The position numbers and the translations under genes were made by a program. Below are positions 24,401-35,504 of a stretch of DNA of 64,000 bases, in pieces. This DNA is from Cyanophora paradoxa CCMP329 (Eukaryota; Plantae; Glaucophyta). The stretch's first letter is position 1. The number at the start of each line of letters is the position of its first letter. The DNA lies in assembly GCA_004431415.1 (NCBI GenBank), contig QPMI01000444.1, positions 201,417 to 265,416 on the forward strand. Reading direction: 5' to 3'. The notes beneath the pieces were generated by a model. That model ran no database searches. It was given only the letters and a program-made list of their open reading frames with translations, and was not told the DNA's origin.

Positions 24401-27400
24401 CAGTGGTCAAGTTGAAGCCCTTCGTTCGCAAGTGCGTCAACCTGGAGCTCGAGGTCTCCTTCGACGCGACCGTCGCGCACGTACACCTCCTCCAGGCGAG
24501 CCGCCCCGCCGCCTCCGCACCGCCGCCGCCGCCGCCGCCGGCTGAGGCGGGCGGGCGGGGGCCCGAGGGGGGCGCAGAGCGGGCAGAACGACGTGGACGC
24601 GATGATCGCGGGGGCGGACATGGGGTCGGAGATGGCAGCGCGGGGGCCCTACTGCCGCTCGGCCTACCTCTCCTTCCGCTTCATGGCCCTGGTCGTGCTG
24701 GGGCGCCTGCGGGAGGCGGCGGCGCTGCTGCCGAGCTTCCAGACCACCGTCGTCGACACCCCCGGCATCATATTCAACTTCGAGGAGCCCTTCCTGCAGG
24801 GTCCGCCCCCCGCCCGCCCCTCCCGGAACACGCCCCGACGCCGGCCCCGCGCGCCGCGCAGGCCTCGCGGAGACGACGTGCCGGCTGGGCGTGTGGCCGG
24901 GCCCCGACGCGCCGGCGCCGCTGGAGGACGGAGAGCGGGCGGAGGCGGCGGCGCGCGCGGCGGCGCTCCTCGCGCGCCTCGAGGAGTACGCGACGCACTG
25001 CGCCGACTTCCGCTGCCGCGCACTCTTCATCGACGCCGAGCGGGAGCGCGCGCTGGCCGGGCCCAACGCCCCCTTCGCCGCCCTCGGGCCCCTGCTCGGG
25101 CGCTACGAGGCGGCGGCGCGGGCGGCGCGCGACTCGCAGGCGCCCCAGGTCTCGGCCCTGGCGCACGAGCTCGCCGCCTCGCTCTGCCTGGCGGCCGGCG
25201 TGCGCGGCGCCGGGCTGCACTACCTGAAGGAGGCGGTGAAGGACTACAGCGCGTGGGGCGCGCGTACCAAGGTGGCGCTGCTGCTGGGCCAGCACGCGGA
25301 GCTCCGGGACGCCCTCGTGTACGCCAAGGCCCCCAAGAACGCGTCGACGGGCTCGGGCTCCCGCTCCAACGACAACAAGGACAAGTCCTCCTCCGACTCG
25401 TCCGAGCGCCCGGCGCGCGCCCCGGCCGGCGGCGTCACGACGGGCGGCTCGGGCTCGGGCTCGGGCTCGGGGACGAAGACGACGTCGGGCTCGGGGGCGC
25501 CGGTGAGCGCGCCGCGGGCGACGGCGTCGACGGTGGACATCCTCACCGTCGTCCGCTCGGCCCTCGCCCTCGCCACCGAGTCCGACCTCGACGCCCTCCT
25601 CTCCAAGCTCATGGTCCGCCCCCGCCCGCCCGCCCGCCCGCCCCGTCCGCTGGTCTCGTCCTCAGCGGGGCCGCCCCCCCTCCGCCCCCAGCTCATCATC
25701 ATGGAGAACGCCGGGGCGGTGCGCTTGCGGCGTGCGCGCGCGCGCTCGAGACGCGTGGCTGAGGCGGGGGCGGCGGGGCAGACGGTGGCGCGGCTGGTGC
25801 TGGCGAGCAGCAAGCACTGCCAGCATGAGCACGCCCCGGAGTCCGAGGGACTCTCCTCCCTCTTCTGCGTCCGCGTCGAGGGCGAGGTTGGCTACCCCAA
25901 AGTGCTCCCCCCGCCTCCGCCCCGGCCGGGACCCGCTGAGCAACCCGCGCCCCGCGCCCGCGCGCGCAGGTCGACACGATGCACCTGCGCTCCGAGGGCG
26001 GGCGGGAGGCGCGGGGGTCGGAGCGGGAGGGCGGCGGGGAGAGCGGGCGGAGGGCGACGGTGGACATCCGCTGCGTGGACAAGCCGCTCGTGCAGTACCG
26101 CAACGTCTCCCACGCCATCGTCCAGGTCCGCCGGCCCCCGGCCCCCGGCCCCGGCCCCGGCCCCGCCCGGCGACCCGAGCCGGGGCCGGCCGCCTCGCGC
26201 AGTACGTGATCCGGACGGAGGAGTACGTCCTCCTCAACAACGCTTGCACCGAGGTGCGCGCCCGCCGGCTCCGGGCCCCCGGCGGCGGCGCCCCCACCCC
26301 CCCCCCCTTCCGACGTCGCGGCGGGGCGGCGCTGCGCAGGGCAACTTCGTCTCGTGCGGGCACGTGCAGCGCAACAGCCTCCGCTCCGTCCTCTGCGTCC
26401 CCGTCGTGCGCCGCGCCGCCCCGCGCCGCGCCCACTCCCGCGCTGGAACGGCGAGCGGGGCGGTGCGGGGCGCAGATGCACCAGCAGAAGATCATGGGGG
26501 CGCTGTACCTGGAGAACCGCTTCATGGCGGGGGCCTTCACTCTCGAGCGCGTCGAGCTCCTCCAGCTCCTCGCCGCCCAGGCCCGCCCCGCCCCGCCCCG
26601 CCCCGCGGCCCCGGGGGCCTGAGGCGGGGCGGCGGGGCGCAGCTGGCGGTGTCGATGCTGAACGCGACGCTGCACGAGGACCTGCGCCTCTACAACCGCG
26701 AGCTCGAGGTCAAGAACCGCTCCCTCGCCATGCTCGGTCCGCCCCGCCCCCGCCGCCCCCCTCTCCGCCCCGCCGCCCATCGTGACGGCGGCGGGGCGGG
26801 GCGGCACGGCAGACCGCGCCAAGGACACGCTGCTGGCGAACACGAGCCACGAGCTGCGCACGCCCTGCGGGGCCATCATCGGCCTCTCGGAGCTGCTGCT
26901 CGACTCGGGCCCGCTCACGGAGCAGCAGGCGCAGACGGCGCGCATCATCCACCAGTCGGCGGAGCACCTGCTGCGCATCATCAACAACTTCCTGGACCTC
27001 TCGGGCCTCGAGTCCGGGGCGGTCAAGCTGGAGCGCGTCGAGTTCGACGTCGCCAGCGTCGTCAACGACTGCGTCGCCGCCTCCTCCGTCGCGGCGTACA
27101 AGAACGGCCTCGAGATCGGCTCCTACATCGACCCCCGCTGCCCCCTCCGCGCCATGGGCGACCCCGTGCGCTCTCGCCCGCCCCCTCCACCTCCCCCGCC
27201 CTCGCTCTCCCCCGCCCGACCGACCCCGCCCTCGCTCGCCATCGCCCAGACGAGGCTCAAGCAAGTCATCATGAACGTGCGCCCGCCTCGCCGCGGGCCC
27301 CCGCCGGGCCTCGCCCGACCCGACGCCGGCCGCGCAGCTGGTGTCGAACGCGATCAAGTTCAGCGCGAACGCCGGCCCCGACGGGCACGTCCTCATCTCC

Positions 27401-29380
27401 GTCGAGCTCGTCGCTGACGTCCGGTGCCGCCCCGCTCCCCAGATTCCGAGCCGCCCCGGCCGGAGCTCCCACCGAACGGGCGGGCGGGCCGCGGGGCGGC
27501 AGGACGGAGTGCGTGCTGCGGTTCCGGGTGGAGGACTCCGGGGTAGGGATCAAGCAGGAGGACCTCCCCAAGCTCTTCCAGCGCTTCTCCCAGGCCCGCC
27601 CCCGCCCCCGCCGGCGCCCCGCCGGCGCCAACTGTGTTGGAGTCGAGCGCCCTCTGACGCGGGGCGCGGGGCGGGCAGGTGGACAGCTCGTTCTCGCGCC
27701 GCTGGGAGGGCTCCGGCCTCGGCCTCGCCATCTCGAAGACGATCGTCTCGTACTGCACGGGCCAGGAGCCCGAGAGCGCGGCCGAGTTCGGCGCCGGCAC
27801 CATCTCCGTCCAGTCCGACTTCGGCAAGGGGTCCGCCCCGCCCGCTCCCCGCCCCCCACCCCCTCTCCGGCCCCGCCCGACGCCGCGCGGCGCCAGGTCG
27901 ACTTTCTACTTCGCCGTGGCGATGGCCTACGCGCCGGACTCGCGGCCCCGCGCCCCGCCCGCCCTCCCCGCCCCCGGGGGCCCCGGCGAGCGCCCCGTGG
28001 CGGCCGTGCTCGCCCGGCCCTTCGTCGCCGGCCTGCTGGGCCGCTACCTCGCCGAAGCCGGCGTGGAGGCGGCCCCCTGCGGGCGCCCCGAGGAGCTCGC
28101 CCCGCTGCTGCGCCGCATCGCCGCCGAGGGCGCCCCCGTCGCCTTCGCCGTCGTCGACGGGAGCGTCGACGGGGCGCTCGCGCTGCTGGAGGAGGGCCCG
28201 CTGGCGGGGCCGGGCGCACCGCCGGCGCTGGCGGAGCTCCCCGCCCTCGCCATCCTCCGCACCGAGTCCAAGTTCGACAAGGGCCGCTGCCCGAGCCGCG
28301 TCGTCTGCCTCTACAAGCCCGTGCCCCAGGAGCACTTCGCCCGCGCCGTCGCCCGCGAGCTCTCCCGCCGCGCCGCGCCCCAGCACGACCCGCACTCCCC
28401 CGGCGCCGGGCACGCGCAGGCGGCCGGCGAGGGCGCGGGGCCGCCGGCGCGGGGGCGCCGGGCTCGCGGAAGCGGCCGGCGGAGAGCTCCTCGTCGTCGG
28501 ACGACGGGTTTTCCGCGGAGGGTGCCGGGGCGCGCGGCGGGCTCGGGCGGCCCCTCTCGAGCCCGACGGGCCTCGGCGGCCCCGCCGAGAAGCGCCGGCG
28601 CACCTCGGACATCCTCGTGGTGCACGGGGGCGCGCCCCGCCGCCGCCGCCGCCGCGCGCCCTCACGCCGCGGGGCGGGGGGGCGCAGGTGGAGGACAACC
28701 CCGTCAACCAGATGGTCGGTGCGCGCTCCGCCGGCCGGACCTCTGCCCGCGCCCGCGCCCGCCGCTCGCGGGCGTCGCCGACGCGAGGCGGGGCCGTGCG
28801 GGCGAAACAGTGCGGAAGCTGCTGGAGCAGGCGGGCCACCGGGTGGAGGTCGCGGAGGACGGCTTCGCCGCCCTCGAGCACGTCCGCCGCCGCCCCTTCG
28901 GCCTCGTCTTCATGGGTCCGCCCCGCCCCGCCCCGGCCCCTCCCGCCCCCCTCGGCTGCGCCGTGTTCCGCGCGGCCCTCACGCGCCCGCGCCCCCAGAC
29001 TGCAGCATGCCGCGGTGCGACGGGTACGAGGCGACGCGCCTCATCCGGGCCCTCGACGCGGAGCAGGGCAAGCACACCGTCATCGTCGGCCTCACCGCCC
29101 ACGGTGCCCGACCGGCGCCGCAACCCGGCCCCCTCGCCGGCCTCACTGGGGGTCGCAGCGATGGCGGGCGAGCGCGAGAAGTGCCTGAGCGCCGGCATGG
29201 GTGCGCGCGTGCCTCGCCCCGCCCCGCCGAGCCGGCCGACCCTGCGGCGCAGACGAGTACCTGAGCAAGCCGGTGAAGAAGGAGGACCTGCTCAAGATGG
29301 TCGAGCGCCGTGCCACGCTCTTCGACGAGCCCTTCGCAGGCCCCGCGGGGCCCGCCCCCGTGCCCGCCAACCCGGAGTGA
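18492..29380 (+). CDS. Hybrid sensor kinase: Ser/Thr kinase - AAA/P-loop ATPase - helical region - GAF - HisKA - HATPase - degenerate receiver - receiver (HstK / fungal group X-like), about 45 introns
   Basis: Kinase: VVLKKL, HRDVKAGN, LADFG, EGSLAYMAPEQT, RSDLYSLG. Walker A GVSGIGKT, Walker B LVVFLDDMQWAD, KTDGNPFF, YRFVHDRVQQAA. GAF: RSVLCVPV...GALYLENR. HisKA: LLANTSHELRTP. HATPase: NAIKF, DSGVGI, GSGLGLAI. Receiver: VEDNPVNQ...FMDCSMP...YLSKP. TGA at 29378-29380. Confidence 0.95.
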
Positions 29381-30531
29381 CGCCCCCGCCGCCCGCCTCC
29401 CGGCCGCATTCATGCTTCGTCTTTTTCGATGTCAAGCTCAAGGGTAACCGGGATGGCGGCTCCAAGGCTGTCCAAGCCCACTTTCTCTACAAAATATACT
29501 ATGAAATACATATTCTGATCCAGCAAGTTTTATGCAGTAATTGACTGCTGTGAAGGAACTTGCAATTGCATTTGTTCGTGAGTCCTGACACGTGATGTTC
29601 GCTAGCTGTCACCTGCAGCTGGCAGGCAGTGGCAGCACATCTGTGTATCTAGAGACTGTCACAGTGTGATCGATGCCGGGCTACAAATTCCTACTAGGGC
29701 TACAATTTTGCAATGAGAACTTGGAAGACCAGGCCGCTGGCCCGCTGTACATGTCGAATTCCGGCGAATTCGAAACCGAAATCGAGTTCGCTGATCATGA
29801 GAACTTCGAATTCGCTCTACTAGGCTAGATCTATCGATATATATCGATCTATCGGTCGAGCTCGAGTGCGGCCCTTAATGAGACTACCGCCGTCTACCGG
29901 TGTGATTAGAGCTGTGCTCGCTCGGGGTGGCCGGCCTAGCGACCCGGTGACCGCTTTAATTTGGCGCCGCGAGCGACGCCCGTCACGGCGTCGCTCGCTC
30001 GTCCCTCAGCTGGGTGAACCTGACGAAAAAATGCTTAAAACCGCTCGAAATCCTATCTGTTCCGAAAAGTTCCTTTCAGTTCGTTTCGTACAATTGCAAG
30101 CCCTTCCCAAGAAGTTCAAATTAAAGCTGGTTTTCACGAACCAGGCGTCAATTTTCGCGAGATCAACGCCAGCTGCAGGCTGTTTCAGGGCGAAGCGGAG
30201 CGTCTGGAGGCTCGAAAATAGTCGAAATTCAGCTAGCTATAGATTGATCGGCTACACTGACCCAGGTCGACCTTCAGCCTGGCAGATGAGGAAAAAGCGG
30301 GGTGGGGCTTTTTTTGGCGCCTGTCGGCCACAAAAAACGCCAAGCGATGACCGCCGCCGGGCCGAGGAGGCGCCGCTGGCGGAAAACGCCAAGCGTAGCG
30401 GCCGCTAGAACCTCGCGAGCGTAGCCGCCGTATACGGTATACGTACTGTAACGTACATACGTAGCGACGACGAGCGACCAGGTGGCAGGTGCACAACCCT
30501 AATTATAACTATGAATCTAGGCTTGCCTGCT

Positions 30532-30930
30532 AGAATTTGGAGGGGTACCGGTAGTCCCGTCTCCGCCATACAAAAACGTTAACCCTGCAGCTGCGAACTT
30601 TGCGAAGACCGTGACTGACCGTCGGTCCGATCTATACCCAGGTAGCTACTAAACTTTTACCAGCTGCTAATACTGTAGAACTAGAAATATCTAAAAGTTT
30701 TTGGGCGATCTACTAAATATTCCCCGCTGGCTAAAGCCGAGAATTTGTAGGGGTAGTCCCGTCTCTGCCATACAAAAGCCTTGCGAAGACCGATCTACTA
30801 AATATTCACCATCTGCTAATTTTAAAGTGGCAGTTTTAAAAATTGGCGATGTACTAATTATTTTCCTGTACTAAATTAACTATAGCTAGTTCTACGTATA
30901 CAGTATAAAGTGGCAGTTTTTTTCCTGTAC
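30532..30930. repeat. Degenerate local duplications with repeated TACTAAA/TACTAAT motif (probable transposon subterminal region)
   Basis: AGAATTTG-AGGGGTA..GTCCCGTCTCYGCCATACAAAA at 30532-30575 and 30740-30777. GATCTACTAAATATTC near 30707 and 30792. TAAAGTGGCAGTTTT near 30823 and 30906. Confidence 0.7.
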
Positions 30931-31150
30931 TAGTAACGCGGTACCGGGGTATACCAAATTAACGCGCCAAAATCCGGTCTCACCGCGTTAATTAATTGGT
31001 TTCCGCTATAATATTAATTCTCTTCTGCGAAGTCGCCTTATAACTTTAAAGTACCCCCCACAAATACCGCCCAAAACAACCGCGTTAATTTGGTAGCGCG
31101 GTATTAATTTTGCTCAACGGAGGGCGAGATTTGACACAGCGGTACTAGTA
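30928..31150. mobile_element. MITE-like element with nested inverted repeats
   Basis: Perfect 15-bp inverted repeat TACCAAATTAACGCG (30952-30966) / CGCGTTAATTTGGTA (31081-31095). Outer 11/12 inverted repeat TACTAGTAACGC (30928-30939) / GCGGTACTAGTA (31139-31150). AT-rich and non-coding. Confidence 0.6.
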
Positions 31151-31839
31151 TACGTAGCCAGCTGCAGCCTGCAGCCTGCAGCCTGCAGGGCCCGGCCCAG
31201 GGGGCCAGGGGCGCCGGCGTAGCCTAGTAGCGCTGCGGCCTGCAGGGGCCGGCGCCAGACGGCCCGGCCGCTGAGCCTGCCCGGCCCTGCCGGCGCCAGC
31301 TAGGACGTCGATCGCGACATTGCAAAAAATTGTGACTCTCGAATTTGTGAGTCATATACGCGATCCGGAATCTTGAAGTTTTAATTAAATATAATCACGA
31401 ATTTTCGGCGCGTTAACGTTTCATGATCAGAACCCAGATCTAGATTCTAGATTCAATTGTTCGACCTTGTAAATGGCCATGGCCATGGGTGCACAATCAA
31501 TTCTGAACGCTCGCGTGTCTCAGACATGAATAACTCTGTTTCAGTTTTGAGAGACTTGGATTTCGAAGCGGTAAACCTGCAATTGCAAGTTCCCCGCAAT
31601 AAAAAAAGCATAGCCCTAGCGATTGAATTTCGAGTGACTCGACGTCTCACTCAAGATGACAGGATGACGGCTCTCGGGGAATTCGACTCGGCGTGCGAAC
31701 CGTTGAACCCGGCTTCCGAATCGAAGTTCGATTCGGCCCGAGTCGGGTAGGTCACACTCCTGACACACCGTAGGTGACCGTAGGTCCCGGTAGGAAATCG
31801 TGCCGCAGTGCGACGTACGCGTAGCTATAGCTATAGCTA

Positions 31840-32054
31840 CTGTAGGAATGCTTTTTTAGCCGATGTTTTAAATTGCCGTAAATTGCCGAGAGGCCGAATT
31901 CGGCAATTTATCATCACGGCAATTGCTTGGGGGGTAGAAATTTTCCTAGACCGCCATAGAGCAGACTCTGGATTCGGCAATTTATCGCCACGGCAATTCC
32001 GGTTTTGGTCGAATTCGGCAATTTAACTACGCGGCAATTTAAGCATTCCTACAG
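31840..32054. mobile_element. Tc1/mariner-type MITE (215 bp)
   Basis: Perfect 14-bp TIR CTGTAGGAATGCTT / AAGCATTCCTACAG flanked by TA on both sides (31838-31839, 32055-32056). Multiple internal AAATTGCCG / CGGCAATTT subterminal repeats. Confidence 0.85.
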
Positions 32055-32094
32055 TATACTATAGTATATATAGCCTCCGTAGCCTAGTAGGATA

Positions 32095-32330
32095 GACTCG
32101 GAGTCGGGACTCGGGACTCGGGACTCCGGGGACTCCCGGGACTCTCGGGCCGGCGGGAGTCGGGAGTCTCGCGATCGACGCGCGAGTCCGCCTGCCCGGG
32201 CCGGCGGCCGGCAAACCAGAATCATTGAATGCCGCCGCCGCGCGCCGCCGACTCGGCGACTCGCCCGTGGACTCGAATAGTACTCGCAGCTCGGGAGTCG
32301 CGATCGGGAGTCGGGATTCGACGTGCACGT
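32095..32330. repeat. GGGACTC/GAGTC-based short tandem and inverted repeat cluster
   Basis: GACTCGGAGTCGGGACTCGGGACTCGGGACTCCGGGGACTCCCGGGACTC... with further GACTCG/CGAGTC copies. Confidence 0.7.
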
Positions 32331-32936
32331 GGCCCAGTGGACGTCGTGGAGTCGGGCCCCGGCCGCCCGCCGCGGCGCCGCCCGGGGCCCGGGGCCGGAC
32401 CGTACGTCGGATCCGGAAATTGGACCGGAATCCGGCCCATTACTGGAAGTCGGGAAATATTTAGTATACTGGATCTTAATTTATAGTACCAAAGTTTTCA
32501 AGTTTGAGGCCCGGCCCAACTACTAAAGTTTGCTGTAGTGTGCGAGGGGGCTCCCGGACGCTCCAACATGATCTTGATCTAGACCCCCTAGCGCGCGCCG
32601 CGCCCACCCCCTTAAGCTCTAAAGGCCGCTACTAAAGCGCTCCGCGCGGCCAACTCTTAATTATTTTCAGCCTACTAAACCGACCGAACCCCGGGATTAC
32701 TAATTATTTTGGGGTCGTAAACATTACCCGAATTACACACGCGCCCGCGGCGGCACGCGCGCGCGCGAACGTTGACCTCGCACGCGCGCGCGCGCGACGC
32801 GGCCGCGCGCGCGTCGACGTCCGGCGCAGCAGCAAGGACTCACTTCAGGCTTGCACTGCGGCAGCAAGTACTAGTTGCAGGCTAACTTTAATTTAGTAAG
32901 TTGCAGCTTCACTGTCTTCACAGGCCGGAGCACACT

Positions 32937-33451
32937 CAGGGATGGGAAAATTTTTGGGGGTCCCCCGAGGGTCCAAAACTTTTTGCAAAAATTTTTGCCT
33001 TGTATGTGAAATTTTTGCGAAATTTTTAGAAAAGTTTTGCCCCGAAAGAATCGAAACCATCGTCTAAAGTGCTTCAAATCGCGTTCAAACACGTCTAAAA
33101 CATTGTTTAACTCATGTTTATCGATAGCAGGCTTGCGAGAGCTGCTATCTGCACATGAAATCCGCCTGCTCGTGTTTCAAGGCCAAGTACCCCCCTCCCC
33201 AACAGGAGCCAGAAGCTCAAGAACTCGCCTTCCACGCTCAGAATAGCCTCAGATTGCCTTCTATGTCGTTTATATCTTCATTTAACATCGCCTGAGCCGC
33301 CGCAACCGATATATTTCGGAGGATGAGGGGGGGTGGGGTGCAAAACTTTTCCAAAAATTTTGGAGGGCCGAAACGGGGACCAAAAATTTTCTGAAAAGTT
33401 TTGCAAAAATGTTTGCATTCTTTTTCCAAAATTTTTGGGCGGCGAACCCTG
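32937..33451. mobile_element. Non-autonomous hAT-type element (515 bp)
   Basis: Termini CAGGG...CCCTG with an exact 8-bp target-site duplication AGCACACT (32929-32936 and 33452-33459). AAAATTTTTG/CAAAAATTTT subterminal arrays at both ends. No coding capacity. Confidence 0.9.
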
Positions 33452-33870
33452 AGCACACTACCGTGAATGCCGTGTGTTGAATGCCGTGTATTCGTGTTTT
33501 CGAGTACGTAAACGGTACAGTCCCACGTATACGTATAGACGGTAAAGTTCGTCGTATACCACTACTCAGGCTGTAGTCTGCTAGGCTGTACTACTCTGTA
33601 GTATACCCGGACTACCGTACGCGTACGTACTATAGCTACGGCGTACGCCGCGGTACGCGTACACCCAGTGTCACCCACGCGTCAGCTGCAGCAGGCGGAC
33701 AGCAGCTCGTATCGGAACTTCGGAAGGAGCTCGAGTTCGACAGAAGGACTTCCGTTAAGATCGCGTCGTACGCGTTGCAATTCACCGGAAGCTGTAGCGA
33801 AAGCCGCTGAGCCGGTGCGGCGGTGCTCTCCAGCAAACTTGAAAATTCGTCCCCGCAGCTGTTTATGATC

Positions 33871-35504
33871 ATGGATATCGGTTCTGAGCAATTCCGTGCG
33901 CCGCCTGGCTTCTCGAAGCCCCAGATGATCATGAGCGCAAGCGGCTATCCGTCGCCCTGTTCACTTTTGCAGCCTTTGCACGTGCCGGGCCCGTTCAGCC
34001 GTGGCTGTGCATCGCTACCAGCCGCGGCGGCAGTCGTTGGAGCCCCTGGTCAGGGGCAGCCTGCACTCTTCCCAAGCCCCGATCACCCGCTTGCTGCCCT
34101 CTCCCACCTGCACGGCCACAACTTCGGTGACTTGCAAGCGCAATTGCAGTTCATGTTCAACGCCTTCGAGGATGGCGTGCAGGCTTACGGTATGCAACAT
34201 CTGTTTTGGACTCTGTGCATTTGCGCTCCCCGCGAACATCGTATGCTCACATGTGCGGGCCCCTATTTTTGGCAGGCTTCAACACGTGCGCGCCGATGAA
34301 CCTGTTTCTACAGCTGAGCGCCGCGACGTGCGCCGATGCATTTGGCGCGACGCTCCGCAATCCTCTGCAACTCCGGACCCTGAATCCTTCGCACGATGAT
34401 CACGAGCCCCTCGGCGCGGGCGGGTCTGAGCCCATCGCGAGCCCCGTCGCTTCGTGCAGCGCCTCTACTGCCGGGTCGGCGTGCACGCCCCGCCCCCGCT
34501 CGGACAGCGCCTCGAGCTCGTCGCGGCCCTCCTCGCCGGATCACGAGACCGCCGGCGCCGGCGCCGTGTCGCCGCAGTCTCCGCGGCAGGCCCGCTCGAA
34601 GGGCAGCGCCAGCGTATTCACGTTCGACGCGGCTCACATCCGTGCACACACGCGCGCCGTGTCGACGTCGACCTCGTCCATGGCCGGCTCCGGATCCGGC
34701 GCAGTCAAACCGGACACCGGTGTCTGCAAGGAGGGCGCCTCCAACAACGATGTCGATCGCGACGTCGACGCGGCCGAGGCGAGTCGCGCTGAGATCAAGG
34801 CGGAGAACGCGGTGGCGTCGGAGAGGGGCTGGACGACTGACGTCCCCGCCCGAATCCTCCCGAGGATCAGCCGCTACTTCTCCCTGCCCACCGAGGAGGC
34901 CGCCAAGGCCCTCGGCCTCTCCGGCACCACGGTGCGCCGAATTTCGAGTTGCATCGTTCCTGCAATGTGCCCGGTCGCGTGACCGCGTGCCGAATTTCGC
35001 AGATGAAGCGGATTTGCAGGCGTTGCGGGGTATGCTTTCAAGATTTCAATTCGAGTGTAATTATATGCCGTGTGGTAACGGAATTTCGAAGGTAAAGCGC
35101 TGGCCCTTCCGCAAGTTCAACTCGCTGCGGAGGTGGGCCGCGGTGGTGAAGGGGCTGGCGAGCCTGCAGGCGCCGGCGGGCGCGGGGCCGGCGGCGCTGG
35201 AGGAGGGCGACCGCCACCTCCTCCGCATCATCGACAGCCGCCTGAAGCTCATCCAGGAGCGGCCCAACGAGGGCATCGACGACGGTGACTGCCCATTTCC
35301 CGTGTATTTCTCGGGTCCTCCCAATGGGTCTAGAGTTCGATTCGAAGTGCGAAATCCTTTTCTGAAACCGTTTCAGTCGTCCAGATCCTGCGGGCCGAGC
35401 TGTCCAAGAGGGCGGGCTCCGGGTTCGCCGAGCGTTTCGCCAGCAGGGAATCACAGCGCAAGGCCGAGCGCATCTTCGCCGACGCCGGCATCAGGATGCA
35501 GTGA
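33871..35504 (+). CDS. RWP-RK transcription factor, RKD-like (start approximate)
   Basis: Spliced ISRYFSLPTEEAAKALGLSGTT|MKRICRRCG|VKRWPFRKFNSL, followed by an RKD-like helix IDSRLKLIQERPNEGIDD|VVQILR. TGA at 35502-35504. No PB1 domain seen. Confidence 0.9.

Noticed and set aside
18492-29380. Bacterial contamination or a prokaryotic contig, given the two-component kinase
   Set aside because: The gene has dozens of spliceosomal introns of the same style as its eukaryotic neighbours.
29866-30408. 180-aa ORF as a transposase fragment
   Set aside because: No DDE, HTH or zinc-finger motif is recognisable and the composition is unlike genuine exons.
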